From IMG/VR virus record IMGVR_UViG_3300026260_000015, positions 1-33,857 of that record: a stretch of 33,857 nt of DNA; one strand, written 5' to 3'. Below, piece by piece: positions 1-8,390 of the stretch (position 1 is the stretch's first letter; each line of letters starts with the position of its first letter). A program made the translations under genes and the position numbers. This DNA comes from a virus. Lineage: Duplodnaviria; Caudoviricetes. The notes beneath the pieces are model-generated. The model was not told the origin of the DNA and did no database searches. It worked only from the letters and a program-made list of their open reading frames with translations.

Positions 1-100
1 TTCCAATACTAACTTCTTTAGTTACATTCGCCGGTAATCCTGAATAAAATCTAGGTTTTCTAGTACTAATTGCATCTTTAGGATTTGTTTCTTTCGACAC
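1..100 (-). CDS. Partial CDS (5' end only; runs off the window): probable dATP/dGTP diphosphohydrolase N-terminal domain (DUF5664-like)
   Basis: Not in the ORF track. GTG at 100-98 is preceded by AAGGAG. It translates MSKETNPKDAISTRKPRFYSGLPANVTKEVSIG with no stop. The TNPKDA..K...LP pattern resembles the start of phage DUF5664 proteins. Overlaps the end of the 78..458 ORF. Only 33 codons are visible. Confidence 0.6.
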   Translation of the reverse strand, partial: MSKETNPKDAISTRKPRFYSGLPANVTKEVSIG

Positions 101-458
101 GTTCTCTCTCCTTTTTATATTCGTTTGACATATCCCTCCCACACTTCTGGCTACAAAACTTTGTATTTCTTTTATTTGTAGCATAATATGTCTTTTTACA
201 CATCATACATTTTTGTTTTCTAGCTCCAGGAGCATACTTAGTTATTTGTGAATGAGTTGCAGGTTTTGATTTCGTATGGTTAGGGTGTGTTTTCTTCCCT
301 GAATTTTTATACCTCGAACCACTAAGATTTATATGTGAATCACTTTTATCTAATGCTGAATCATATATTATCTTGACTTCTTCCTTTGAAATTGTTTTAC
401 AATGTTCAAGTTTGTTAGTTTTTTTATTTGGTTTATATATTTTAACTTCGGATAACAT
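78..458 (-). CDS. Basic hypothetical protein with C-terminal zinc finger (CxxC-x14-FCSxxC)
   Basis: 126 aa, Lys-rich. CMMCKKTYYATNKRNTKFCSQKC is the treble-clef-type Zn motif common in small phage DNA-binding proteins. Confidence 0.65.
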   Translation of the reverse strand: MLSEVKIYKPNKKTNKLEHCKTISKEEVKIIYDSALDKSDSHINLSGSRYKNSGKKTHPNHTKSKPATHSQITKYAPGARKQKCMMCKKTYYATNKRNTKFCSQKCGRDMSNEYKKERERVERNKS

Positions 459-785
459 ATGAATTCCTTAGAGTTTAGTTTTACAGATCAAGAGTTTCTT
501 TCTGTCATTAATATGATAATTAAACTAGACGCACCATTAGGAGAAGAGTACATTCCCTTAAAATCTATGGACGAACGGATTGATATGGGTCGGCTAGATA
601 GTTTAAGCATGATCGTATTTTTTGTATGGTTATGCCATATGTTTGGTATTCCGGAATCTAAACTACAGGATTTTGTTAAAAAAGAAAACTTAACTATTCA
701 ATCAATAAAAGAATTTGTTACAGCAGAAGCTACTAAAACTTACACATATGCTGACGCAGAAGAGTATTCTAAAAGATGTATGTAA
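459..785 (+). CDS. Acyl carrier protein (ACP)-like
   Basis: 108 aa. Phosphopantetheine-site motif G-R-L-D-S48-L-S-M, followed by helix II ending in FGI, then an ACP-like TIQSIKEFV C-terminal helix. Adjacent to a ketosynthase. Confidence 0.82.
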   Translation: MNSLEFSFTDQEFLSVINMIIKLDAPLGEEYIPLKSMDERIDMGRLDSLSMIVFFVWLCHMFGIPESKLQDFVKKENLTIQSIKEFVTAEATKTYTYADAEEYSKRCM

Positions 786-1783
786 CCCACACTAATTCAG
801 TATATTCTGAGGATATAACTTTATTAGATCATGTTCCTTATCCTCAATATGGGCACCAAATAGCTAATGGTGGGGGTTTTACTGTTGAACAAGGCATAAA
901 AATTATGCCCGGAGAATTAGTTGATTATGTTTTAAAGGGTAAGCATGGAGCTAGTTCTGGGACCTATCAATTTATTCAATCATTAACACAGCTAAATAAC
1001 TATAAAATAGGGCTAATATTAGCTGGAGGAAATAATATCTGGACGGGGTACTTAACAACCGTTTCTCGTACAGCGCAATATCCTTCGTATAGAGTACCTG
1101 TAATGGGGATTACACAGGTATACGCAGGATATATTGCCAATAAAATTGGGTCTTTTGATTACATATCAACTGATAGTACTAGTTGTATTAGCGGCCACTC
1201 TGCTTGGTATACAGCTTACAATATGTTAGCCTTAAAACGATTAGATGCTGTAGTAGTTATTTCGGTAGATAATGGACTTTCAGAAGATTACTTAACTATA
1301 TTTGGAGAAAATAGATTAACTAAATTAGCCGCCGAGGAAGACGACCCATCTATTACTAAATTTAGATTAGGTCAAGGTTGTAATATATCAGTATTTGAAA
1401 CTACACCAGCACTATGCAGGCATTCAATATTAGCTAAAATTACTGATATGTATATTGCATCTGAATCATATTCTAGTCCCTTGGGGATATCAGAAACTGG
1501 GGAAGGGTATAAAAAAGTTATTAATATGGTAAATACAAATGACATTAATTTTGTTAAAATGCATAGCACGTTTTCTGCGGATAATAGAATTGAAGAAGAA
1601 ATAATTAAAGATAAGTTTGGAGATATTAAATTAATTAACTATAAATTACGTATTGGACACACTATGGGAGCAGCTACTGCTATAGAAACAGCATTGGCAA
1701 TACAGGAAGAATCTGGTAAATTTCTTAGCTTAGGAGCCGGTATGGGTAATGTATATTCATCTGCTGTAGTGGAGATTTTATGA
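776..1783 (+). CDS. Beta-ketoacyl-ACP synthase (FabB/FabF-like condensing enzyme), compact form
   Basis: Catalytic triad in the expected order and context: STSC137ISG, FVKMH263ST (cf. YINAHGT), YK290LRIGH295TMGAA (cf. KSMTGHLLGAA). Also FRLGQG (cf. FVLGEG) and C-terminal SLGAGMGN (cf. SNSFGFGG). Confidence 0.9.
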   Translation: MYVTHTNSVYSEDITLLDHVPYPQYGHQIANGGGFTVEQGIKIMPGELVDYVLKGKHGASSGTYQFIQSLTQLNNYKIGLILAGGNNIWTGYLTTVSRTAQYPSYRVPVMGITQVYAGYIANKIGSFDYISTDSTSCISGHSAWYTAYNMLALKRLDAVVVISVDNGLSEDYLTIFGENRLTKLAAEEDDPSITKFRLGQGCNISVFETTPALCRHSILAKITDMYIASESYSSPLGISETGEGYKKVINMVNTNDINFVKMHSTFSADNRIEEEIIKDKFGDIKLINYKLRIGHTMGAATAIETALAIQEESGKFLSLGAGMGNVYSSAVVEIL

Positions 1784-2124
1784 TATTTACGCATGCTAGT
1801 ATGATACAAGAAGGAGAATCTGCTTTATTTTATAGATTTGATAGATCTTTAAATGGTTATATGATAGCAGGAGTATTTATTGCTCCTAATACGGCAGCTA
1901 AGTTAAACTTTGCTAAGGTATGGAAGTATTTCGTATCTGAAATAGTACAAGCAGATGATATATACTGTTCTATACCTTTAGGAGTAACAAGTTCTATGTT
2001 TGAGAATTATTTAAATTATCATGATACAATAAATGGCTTTAAGATATATAAGGTTGATAATTTTCTTAAAAAGCAATACAGTAGCTATGATAAACATAAA
2101 GAACAAGCTGGGAGCACCACATGA
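1780..2124 (+). CDS. Hypothetical protein, possibly a minimal GNAT-like acyltransferase
   Basis: 114 aa with ATGA overlaps at both ends, so the CDS is well supported. The beta-beta-helix-beta pattern is loosely compatible with a GNAT fold, but there is no clear CoA-binding motif and the function is speculative. Confidence 0.6.
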   Translation: MIFTHASMIQEGESALFYRFDRSLNGYMIAGVFIAPNTAAKLNFAKVWKYFVSEIVQADDIYCSIPLGVTSSMFENYLNYHDTINGFKIYKVDNFLKKQYSSYDKHKEQAGSTT

Positions 2125-4220
2125 GCCACGCAGACGATCCTAATTTAGATACAACTGAAACAGATGCTTCTACTTTAGTTCCTGATTGGAGTAATCCACC
2201 TAGTCTTGCTGATCTTAAACAAGATCATGAATCTGCCCAGGTAGCCCATCAAGTTCATGTTGATGAGGTTGATGCTTGGTTAAGAGTACTTGATGGCGAT
2301 CAGACTATTAATGCTAAAAGAGGACGTTCTAAATTAGTACCTAGATTAGCACGTAGACAAGCAGAATGGCGTTACGCTGCTTTATCAGAACCCTTCCTAT
2401 CCACAGACGATCTATTTAATACTTCTCCTCAAACATTTGAAGATAAAGATTCTGCAGTACAGAATGGTATGTTATTAAACTACCAACTTAACTGCCGCAT
2501 GGATAAAGTATCTTTTATTGATGAGTATGTTAGAACAGCAGTTGATGAGGGCACTGTAGTTGTACGTGTTGGTTGGGAATTTGAAGAAGATAAGCGTAAG
2601 GTCTATAAAGATGTAATGGAGATGCAAGTAGTTGCAGGTCCAGATGGTCAACCTGTTCAACAAGAAATTAAAGTAGGTGAAAAATCATCAATAAAGACTA
2701 TTACTACTAAGAATCAACCTGTATTAACAGTGTGTGATTATAATAATTTAGTATTAGATCCTACTTGTGAAGGGGATATAGAAAAAGCTAATTTTGCTGT
2801 TTATAGCTTTGAAACATCTTTATCAGAACTTAAGAAAGACGGAAGATATAAAAATCTTGATGATATTAATTTTGAAAGTGCTTCAGTATTATCTGAGCCT
2901 GATCATGCAGTTAATACAGATGATGATGCTTTTACATTTCAAGATAAAGCCCGTAAAAAAGTTATTGCTAGAGAATACTGGGGGTTTTGGGATATTGATG
3001 ATACTGGGGAGGTTAAACCTTTTGTAGCTACCTGGGTAGGTGATACTTTTATTAGAATGGAAGAAAATCCTTACCCAGATAAGAAACTCCCTTTTATATT
3101 AGTTCAGTATTTACCTAGACGTAAGAATATTTATGGAGAACCCGATGCAGCTCTTATTGAAGACAATCAAAAAATCGTGGGTGCTGTTACTCGTGGCATT
3201 ATCGACATTATTGGCCGTAGCGCTAGCGGGCAACAAGGTATTAGAAAAGATGCCCTTGATGTAACTAATGCACGTAAATTTGAACGAGGTGAGGATTATA
3301 AGTTTAATGCTAACGTAGATCCTAGACAAGCATTCCATATGGAAGTATATCCAGAGATTCCTAGATCTGCATTAGAAGTATTAAACATGCAGAATAACGA
3401 TGCTGAAGCATTAACAGGCGTTAAAGCATTTACTCAAGGTATTTCAGGGCAAGCATTAGGAGTTACGGCTACTGGTATTAGATCAGCACTTGATGCTACG
3501 TCTAAACGTGAATTGGGTATTTTACGTAGACTCTCTAATGGATTAAATCAGATTGGTCGTAAAGTTATTTCAATGAATTCAGAGTTCCTGGAAGACGAAG
3601 AAATTATTCGTATTACCAATGAAAAGTTTATAGCTATTAATCGAAATGATTTAGGAGGGAAATACGATATTAAGCTTAATATTTCTACTGCTGAAGCTGA
3701 TGAACAAAAAGGTAGTGAACTAGCATTTATGCTACAAACTATGGGTAATACTATGCCTCCAGAAATGAGCCAGATGATATTAGCTGATATCGCTAAATTA
3801 CGTAAGATGCCTGATTTAGCTAAACGCATTGCCGAATACCAACCTCAACCCAATCCATTAGCACAACAAAAAGCACAATTAGAATTAGCATTACTCCAAG
3901 CACAAGTTCAGAATGAAACTGCTAAGGGTCAAGAGAATGCAGTTGATGTTGAGCTTAAGAGTGCCAAGACTCAAACAGAACTTGCTAAAGCACGAAGTAT
4001 GCATAGTGATTCTGATAATAAGGATCTAGACTTTGTTGATAGAGAGTCTGGAGCCAGAGATATGAGAGAAATGGATATGGAAGGCAGAAAGCATGCTCAA
4101 AACATGGAGAGTAAAGAATACGATAGACAAGCTAATATGGAAACAAAGGAGCACGATAGGTTATCTAATCTTGATAAAAGTGCATTTGATCAACTAACTA
4201 AAACACAAGGGGGAGTATGA
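2121..4220 (+). CDS. Portal protein (N4 gp59-like)
   Basis: 699 aa. N4-type portal motifs DWSNPPSLADLKQD, RRQAEWRYAALSEPFL, RMEENPYPD, TATGIRSALDATSKRELGILRRL. Heads the capsid module. Confidence 0.93.
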   Translation: MSHADDPNLDTTETDASTLVPDWSNPPSLADLKQDHESAQVAHQVHVDEVDAWLRVLDGDQTINAKRGRSKLVPRLARRQAEWRYAALSEPFLSTDDLFNTSPQTFEDKDSAVQNGMLLNYQLNCRMDKVSFIDEYVRTAVDEGTVVVRVGWEFEEDKRKVYKDVMEMQVVAGPDGQPVQQEIKVGEKSSIKTITTKNQPVLTVCDYNNLVLDPTCEGDIEKANFAVYSFETSLSELKKDGRYKNLDDINFESASVLSEPDHAVNTDDDAFTFQDKARKKVIAREYWGFWDIDDTGEVKPFVATWVGDTFIRMEENPYPDKKLPFILVQYLPRRKNIYGEPDAALIEDNQKIVGAVTRGIIDIIGRSASGQQGIRKDALDVTNARKFERGEDYKFNANVDPRQAFHMEVYPEIPRSALEVLNMQNNDAEALTGVKAFTQGISGQALGVTATGIRSALDATSKRELGILRRLSNGLNQIGRKVISMNSEFLEDEEIIRITNEKFIAINRNDLGGKYDIKLNISTAEADEQKGSELAFMLQTMGNTMPPEMSQMILADIAKLRKMPDLAKRIAEYQPQPNPLAQQKAQLELALLQAQVQNETAKGQENAVDVELKSAKTQTELAKARSMHSDSDNKDLDFVDRESGARDMREMDMEGRKHAQNMESKEYDRQANMETKEHDRLSNLDKSAFDQLTKTQGGV

Positions 4221-4549
4221 CAGATTTAGAACAAGTTGAAATCCAAATTGAAATGGCTGAAAAGTTAAGAAAATTAAGGGATAATTGTGTTAAATTAACA
4301 GCTAGTGAATCATGGAAGGATGTTATTGGTGAGGGGTATTTTAAAGAAGAAGCAGCTAGGTTAGTTATGGCTAAAAGTTCTAATCTTACTCCTGAACAAA
4401 TGCAGTTAATTGATAACATGCAATATGGTATTGGAGCTTTAGCTAATTATATTGAATCTGTTATGAGACGTGGTGCCGAAATGGATCAAGCTATAGGTGA
4501 ACATGAAGAAACTCGTGAAGAAATTTTAGCTGAGGAGATTAGTGTATGA
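4217..4549 (+). CDS. Conserved hypothetical protein (N4 gp58-like)
   Basis: 110 aa, helical, VIGEGYFKEEAARLV motif. Syntenic between portal and gp57-like. ATGA overlaps on both sides. Confidence 0.8.
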   Translation: MTDLEQVEIQIEMAEKLRKLRDNCVKLTASESWKDVIGEGYFKEEAARLVMAKSSNLTPEQMQLIDNMQYGIGALANYIESVMRRGAEMDQAIGEHEETREEILAEEISV

Positions 4550-5685
4550 CACAAACCTCCTTAGGCTTATCTGATACAGAATTTTTAGAAAAAGATCCTG
4601 CTGAGCTTTTAGCTGAAACAGACGAAAAGCCAGCTGAACAAGAAATTGAATCATCAGATAAAACTGATGAGGATAAGGTTGCTACCTCCGAAGAGGAGGT
4701 AAGTGAAGCACAGGAGCAAACTGAAGCTACACCTGAAGAGAAAGAAGTAAGCCAACCTGAAGGGGATACCCAGAAGGCGCATGAACCTTTCGCTGATAGT
4801 GGTACGACAGAATCTCTTGATACTAGTAACGCAGACTCGACTGATACAGAGGAGGATACTCCGGAAACTACAGAGTTTGATTACGAAAGTGCTTACAAAA
4901 AGGTATCTGAACCTTTCAAGGCCAATGGCATTGATATGCAGGTTAAGAGTCCTGAGGATATTATCCGTCTAATGCAGATGGGTGCTAATTATCAGAAGAA
5001 GATGGGCAAATTAAAGCCCAATATGAAGATAATTAAGATGTTAGAAAACAATGAGCTTCTTGATGAAGCTAAATTGAATAATCTAATTGATTTATCCAAA
5101 AAGGACCCTAAAGCTATTGCTAAGCTTGTAAAAGAAAGTGATGTAGATCCTTTAGAAATCGACAAAGATGCACCCACAGACTACGAACCAACTAATTATT
5201 CTGTTACAGATAAAGAATATAATTTGGATCGTGTACTCGATGACATCAAAGATACCGAAACATTTAATAGAACCATTAATGTTTTAACTAAGGAATGGGA
5301 TACAGAAAGTAGAAGCACTATCTCAGACCAACCTGAAATTATTGGGATTGTTAATGCACATATGGCTAATGGTATTTATGATGAAGTAAACGCATTATTA
5401 CAACAGGAAAAAGCACTAGGTAAACTAGATGGAATTCCTGATGTAGAAGCGTATCGACAAGTTGCAGAATATATGAATAAAAATAATATGTTTAAGCAAC
5501 CTGAAAAACCTGTTGGGAAGTCGAAAGTATCAAGTAAAACTGACGAAAAAGCTGAGGCTGATCGTGATAAAAAACGAAAAGCAGCAGCACCGGTCAAGCA
5601 AGCTACTACACAAAAATCTAAACCTGATGATAACTTTTTAGGTTTATCAGATGAAGATTTTATGAAGAAGTATGCTGTCCGGTAA
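4546..5685 (+). CDS. N4 gp57-like protein (probable scaffolding protein; often annotated tape measure)
   Basis: Acidic disordered N-terminus, PFKANG...LMQMGANYQKKM core, C-terminal LSDEDFMK. Immediately upstream of the major capsid gene. Confidence 0.82.
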   Translation: MTQTSLGLSDTEFLEKDPAELLAETDEKPAEQEIESSDKTDEDKVATSEEEVSEAQEQTEATPEEKEVSQPEGDTQKAHEPFADSGTTESLDTSNADSTDTEEDTPETTEFDYESAYKKVSEPFKANGIDMQVKSPEDIIRLMQMGANYQKKMGKLKPNMKIIKMLENNELLDEAKLNNLIDLSKKDPKAIAKLVKESDVDPLEIDKDAPTDYEPTNYSVTDKEYNLDRVLDDIKDTETFNRTINVLTKEWDTESRSTISDQPEIIGIVNAHMANGIYDEVNALLQQEKALGKLDGIPDVEAYRQVAEYMNKNNMFKQPEKPVGKSKVSSKTDEKAEADRDKKRKAAAPVKQATTQKSKPDDNFLGLSDEDFMKKYAVR

Positions 5686-5714
5686 TTTATCACTATTTAA
5701 AATAGGACAATACA

Positions 5715-7043
5715 ATGGCTGGCGAAACTTTATATAACTCCCCCGTACAGGGTACCCCTGCTGGAACAGCTTCCAGTATAGGTCCCCAAGCGGTAATGGA
5801 TTATTATTTTAAGAAAGCCCTTATTGCTGTCCGGGATCACCAGTACTTTATGCCTTTGGCTGATGTACGGGCGATGCCTAAGCATATGGGTAAGAAAATT
5901 AAACAAGATGTCTATGTTCCTCTAGTTGATGTAGCTAACACAGGTTCTCAAGGACTAGGTGAAGATGGACTTGCAGCTGGTACTGAAGCAGGTACTTGGA
6001 CTGCTTGGAATTCTGCTGGTGCAGTAATATCTACTGATACTACTACAGAAGCTTTAGCTATAGCAGAAACCGGCGCTGTAGACGTTGCACAAAATGACCA
6101 AAATTTTTATGGTTCATATAAAGATGTTGGTGCTATTAAAAAGAAGATTCCAACTCTTCGTGAGAACGGCGGTCGTGTTAACCGAGTAGGTTTCACGCGT
6201 ACTCAAGTTGAAGGGGATTTGCTTAAACGTGGTTTTTTTACTGAGTACACTCAAGAATCAATGGACTTCGATTCTGATGCAGATTTGTTGTCTCATATTG
6301 TTGAGGAAGCTCTTGTTGGTGCTAATGAATTGACTGAAGCTGAGCTTCAGAATGATTTGATTACTACCGCAACTTCTAGTGGTACTGCTTATTACTGTTC
6401 TGGTGCAGCAGCTGTTACTACTGGTAGTGCTCTAGATGTTGATGAAGTTGTTACCTATAATGATTTGATGAATCTTTCTATTGCTTTGGATGATAATAAG
6501 ACTCCTAAGCAAACAAAGATTATTAGTGGTTCTCGTATGGTTGATACGAAAACCATTAATGGTGGTCGAGTCATGTTTATAGGAACTGACTTAATTCCTG
6601 TAGTACGTAAAATGACGGGAATTGATCCTAGTTCTGCTGTAGGTTCCGGCTTTGTTGGTGTAGAAAAATATGCTGATGCTGGTACTATTATGCATGGTGA
6701 AATTGGTTCTGTTGATCAATTTCGTATTGTCGTAGTTCCAGAAATGCAGTATGACGTAAAAGGTGGTGCTTCTGCCGCTGACACTGCAGGTACCGGTAAG
6801 AATGGTGCAGATGTCTTCCCAATGTTGGTTGTTGGTGATGGTGCTTTCACTACTATCGGTTTCCAGACTGATGGAAAGAGTGTTAAATTTACCGTTAACC
6901 ATAAGAAGCCTGGTAAAGAAATAGCTTCTTTGGATGATCCATATGGTGAGGTAGGGTTCTACTCCATCAAATGGTATTACGGTTTTATGGCACTCCGTCC
7001 AGAGCGTCTTGGTATTATTTGGACATGTAAAACAGCAGTATAA
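5715..7043 (+). CDS. Major capsid protein (N4 gp56 family)
   Basis: YFMPLADVRAMPKHMGKKIK, PTLRENGGRVNRVGFTR, GFFTEYTQESMDFDSD, DPYGEVGFYSIKWYYG..LRPER. SD AGGA upstream. Confidence 0.96.
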   Translation: MAGETLYNSPVQGTPAGTASSIGPQAVMDYYFKKALIAVRDHQYFMPLADVRAMPKHMGKKIKQDVYVPLVDVANTGSQGLGEDGLAAGTEAGTWTAWNSAGAVISTDTTTEALAIAETGAVDVAQNDQNFYGSYKDVGAIKKKIPTLRENGGRVNRVGFTRTQVEGDLLKRGFFTEYTQESMDFDSDADLLSHIVEEALVGANELTEAELQNDLITTATSSGTAYYCSGAAAVTTGSALDVDEVVTYNDLMNLSIALDDNKTPKQTKIISGSRMVDTKTINGGRVMFIGTDLIPVVRKMTGIDPSSAVGSGFVGVEKYADAGTIMHGEIGSVDQFRIVVVPEMQYDVKGGASAADTAGTGKNGADVFPMLVVGDGAFTTIGFQTDGKSVKFTVNHKKPGKEIASLDDPYGEVGFYSIKWYYGFMALRPERLGIIWTCKTAV

Positions 7044-7059
7044 TTAACATTGTTTGATC

Positions 7060-7106
7060 GTCCCTCCGACCGCTGCTCGCAGAGTAGCGGGAGGAGGAGA
7101 CTTTTT
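7060..7106 (+). terminator. Rho-independent terminator after the major capsid gene
   Basis: GTC-CCTCC-GA-CCGCTGCTC-[GCA]-GAGTAGCGG-GA-GGAGG-A-GAC followed by TTTTT. A GC-rich island in AT-rich DNA. Confidence 0.85.
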
Positions 7107-7120
7107 AATAGGAGACAGTC

Positions 7121-7399
7121 ATGGCTGGTAGTTTAATGGGTAAAGTTGCTAAATTAGCAAAAGGTAAGGGTAAGAAGACACCTCAAAAAGCTAAAAAAGC
7201 TTCAAAAAAATCAAAAAAGATACCAAAAAGACAGCTAAAGAAAAATATGAAAAATTTAGGAAAAAAGCAACCTGAAGTATGGCTTGAACGAGCTGAAGAA
7301 TCAATGATGACAAGTAAGAAAGATATGGACGATATAATAAAAGATCGTAGATCATGGGGCTCAAAAGGTAGAATGAGGAAACATGCTCGTCTTTTATAA
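7121..7399 (+). CDS. Small Lys-rich basic protein
   Basis: 92 aa, AGGAG SD. KGKGKKTPQKAKKASKKSKK tract. Confidence 0.75.
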   Translation: MAGSLMGKVAKLAKGKGKKTPQKAKKASKKSKKIPKRQLKKNMKNLGKKQPEVWLERAEESMMTSKKDMDDIIKDRRSWGSKGRMRKHARLL

Positions 7400-7427
7400 A
7401 GAGTATCAATTTTAAAGGAGAATAGTT

Positions 7428-7766
7428 ATGTGGCAAGTACTACCACATTTAGCGAGACAAGCAGGAAACGCAATCAGAGCAGCTGGGGGAGGAAAAAAAG
7501 GTTTCGACAAAGTTAGAAAAGCACATCCCAGTTGGTTTAAAGACACTGGTAAAAGAACAACAACTAAATTAGATAATAGAACAGGTAAACCAGTATCTGG
7601 ATCAGGTGCAAAGAAATCTGCACCTAAAGCTGCATCTACATCTAGAGGAGGCTGGAACAGTGTACCTGCCAATATTAAAAAGAAACTTCTAGCAGGAAAT
7701 ACTAAAGGAATGAGCCCAGAACAAGTAGCAAAGTACAGAACTCTGTATAAAAATAGAAACCAATAA
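7428..7766 (+). CDS. Small basic Gly/Lys/Arg-rich protein
   Basis: 112 aa, AAGGAG SD, same strand as the operon and fills the gap before the gp55-like gene. Confidence 0.75.
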   Translation: MWQVLPHLARQAGNAIRAAGGGKKGFDKVRKAHPSWFKDTGKRTTTKLDNRTGKPVSGSGAKKSAPKAASTSRGGWNSVPANIKKKLLAGNTKGMSPEQVAKYRTLYKNRNQ

Positions 7767-7778
7767 ATAGGAGGAAGC

Positions 7779-8390
7779 ATGGAAGACACTACATCAGCAG
7801 TTCCCATTAACTCAATGACAGACGAAGAAATTCGACAAGAATTGACAGATAATGGAGTTACGTTACATCATAAAACTGGAACAAAGAAGCTTGCTTCTAC
7901 TCTAGCTGACGTTAGAAATAAAGAGTATAAAGAAGATCCTGAAAAGCCTATTTCTAGTTCTCTCCCTGGATCTACTGAAGCATCTAGAGCTGCGAAAGCA
8001 AAACATTTAGCAGCTATGCAAACTCCAGAAAAAAGAGCTATGAAGCTTACTCGAGTAGTGGTTGTTCCTAATGATTCTAGTATGGCTAATTACCCAGGAC
8101 TTATTTTTACTGTCGGAGCTTCAGGAATTAACAATGGTCAAATGATTAAAAAGTTTGTACCATTTAATAACGAAGAGGGCTGGCATGTTCCACAGATTAT
8201 TCTTGATCAAATTGAAAATGCTCAAATGCAAAAATTTAAAACTGTTACTAGAGCTAATGGTGAAAAAGTATTAGAACCATACAATGCCAAAAAATTTAAT
8301 GTACAAATTTTGCCTCCTCTCAATAAAGAAGAATTAGAAACACTTGCTGCAGCTAATAAAGCTGCAGGTTTTAGCGTAGGAGCTACCTAA
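7779..8390 (+). CDS. N4 gp55-like protein
   Basis: N-terminal HeH-like segment (IRQELTDNGVTLHHKTG), then AMKLTRVVV, KKFVPF...GWHVPQII, ILPPLNKEEL. AGGAGG SD. Syntenic. Confidence 0.82.
   Translation: MEDTTSAVPINSMTDEEIRQELTDNGVTLHHKTGTKKLASTLADVRNKEYKEDPEKPISSSLPGSTEASRAAKAKHLAAMQTPEKRAMKLTRVVVVPNDSSMANYPGLIFTVGASGINNGQMIKKFVPFNNEEGWHVPQIILDQIENAQMQKFKTVTRANGEKVLEPYNAKKFNVQILPPLNKEELETLAAANKAAGFSVGAT

Noticed and set aside
373-403. TTGACT...TACAAT promoter for the ACP cassette
   Set aside because: The spacer is 19 nt and the region is very AT-rich, so a chance match is likely.
4546-5685. Tape measure protein label often given to gp57 homologs
   Set aside because: The phage has podovirus-type organisation. 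Position before the capsid gene and acidic disordered composition fit a scaffold better.
7070-7090. N4 vRNAP early promoter hairpin
   Set aside because: Early promoters are expected near the genome end. Location right after the capsid gene and the T-tract favour a terminator.
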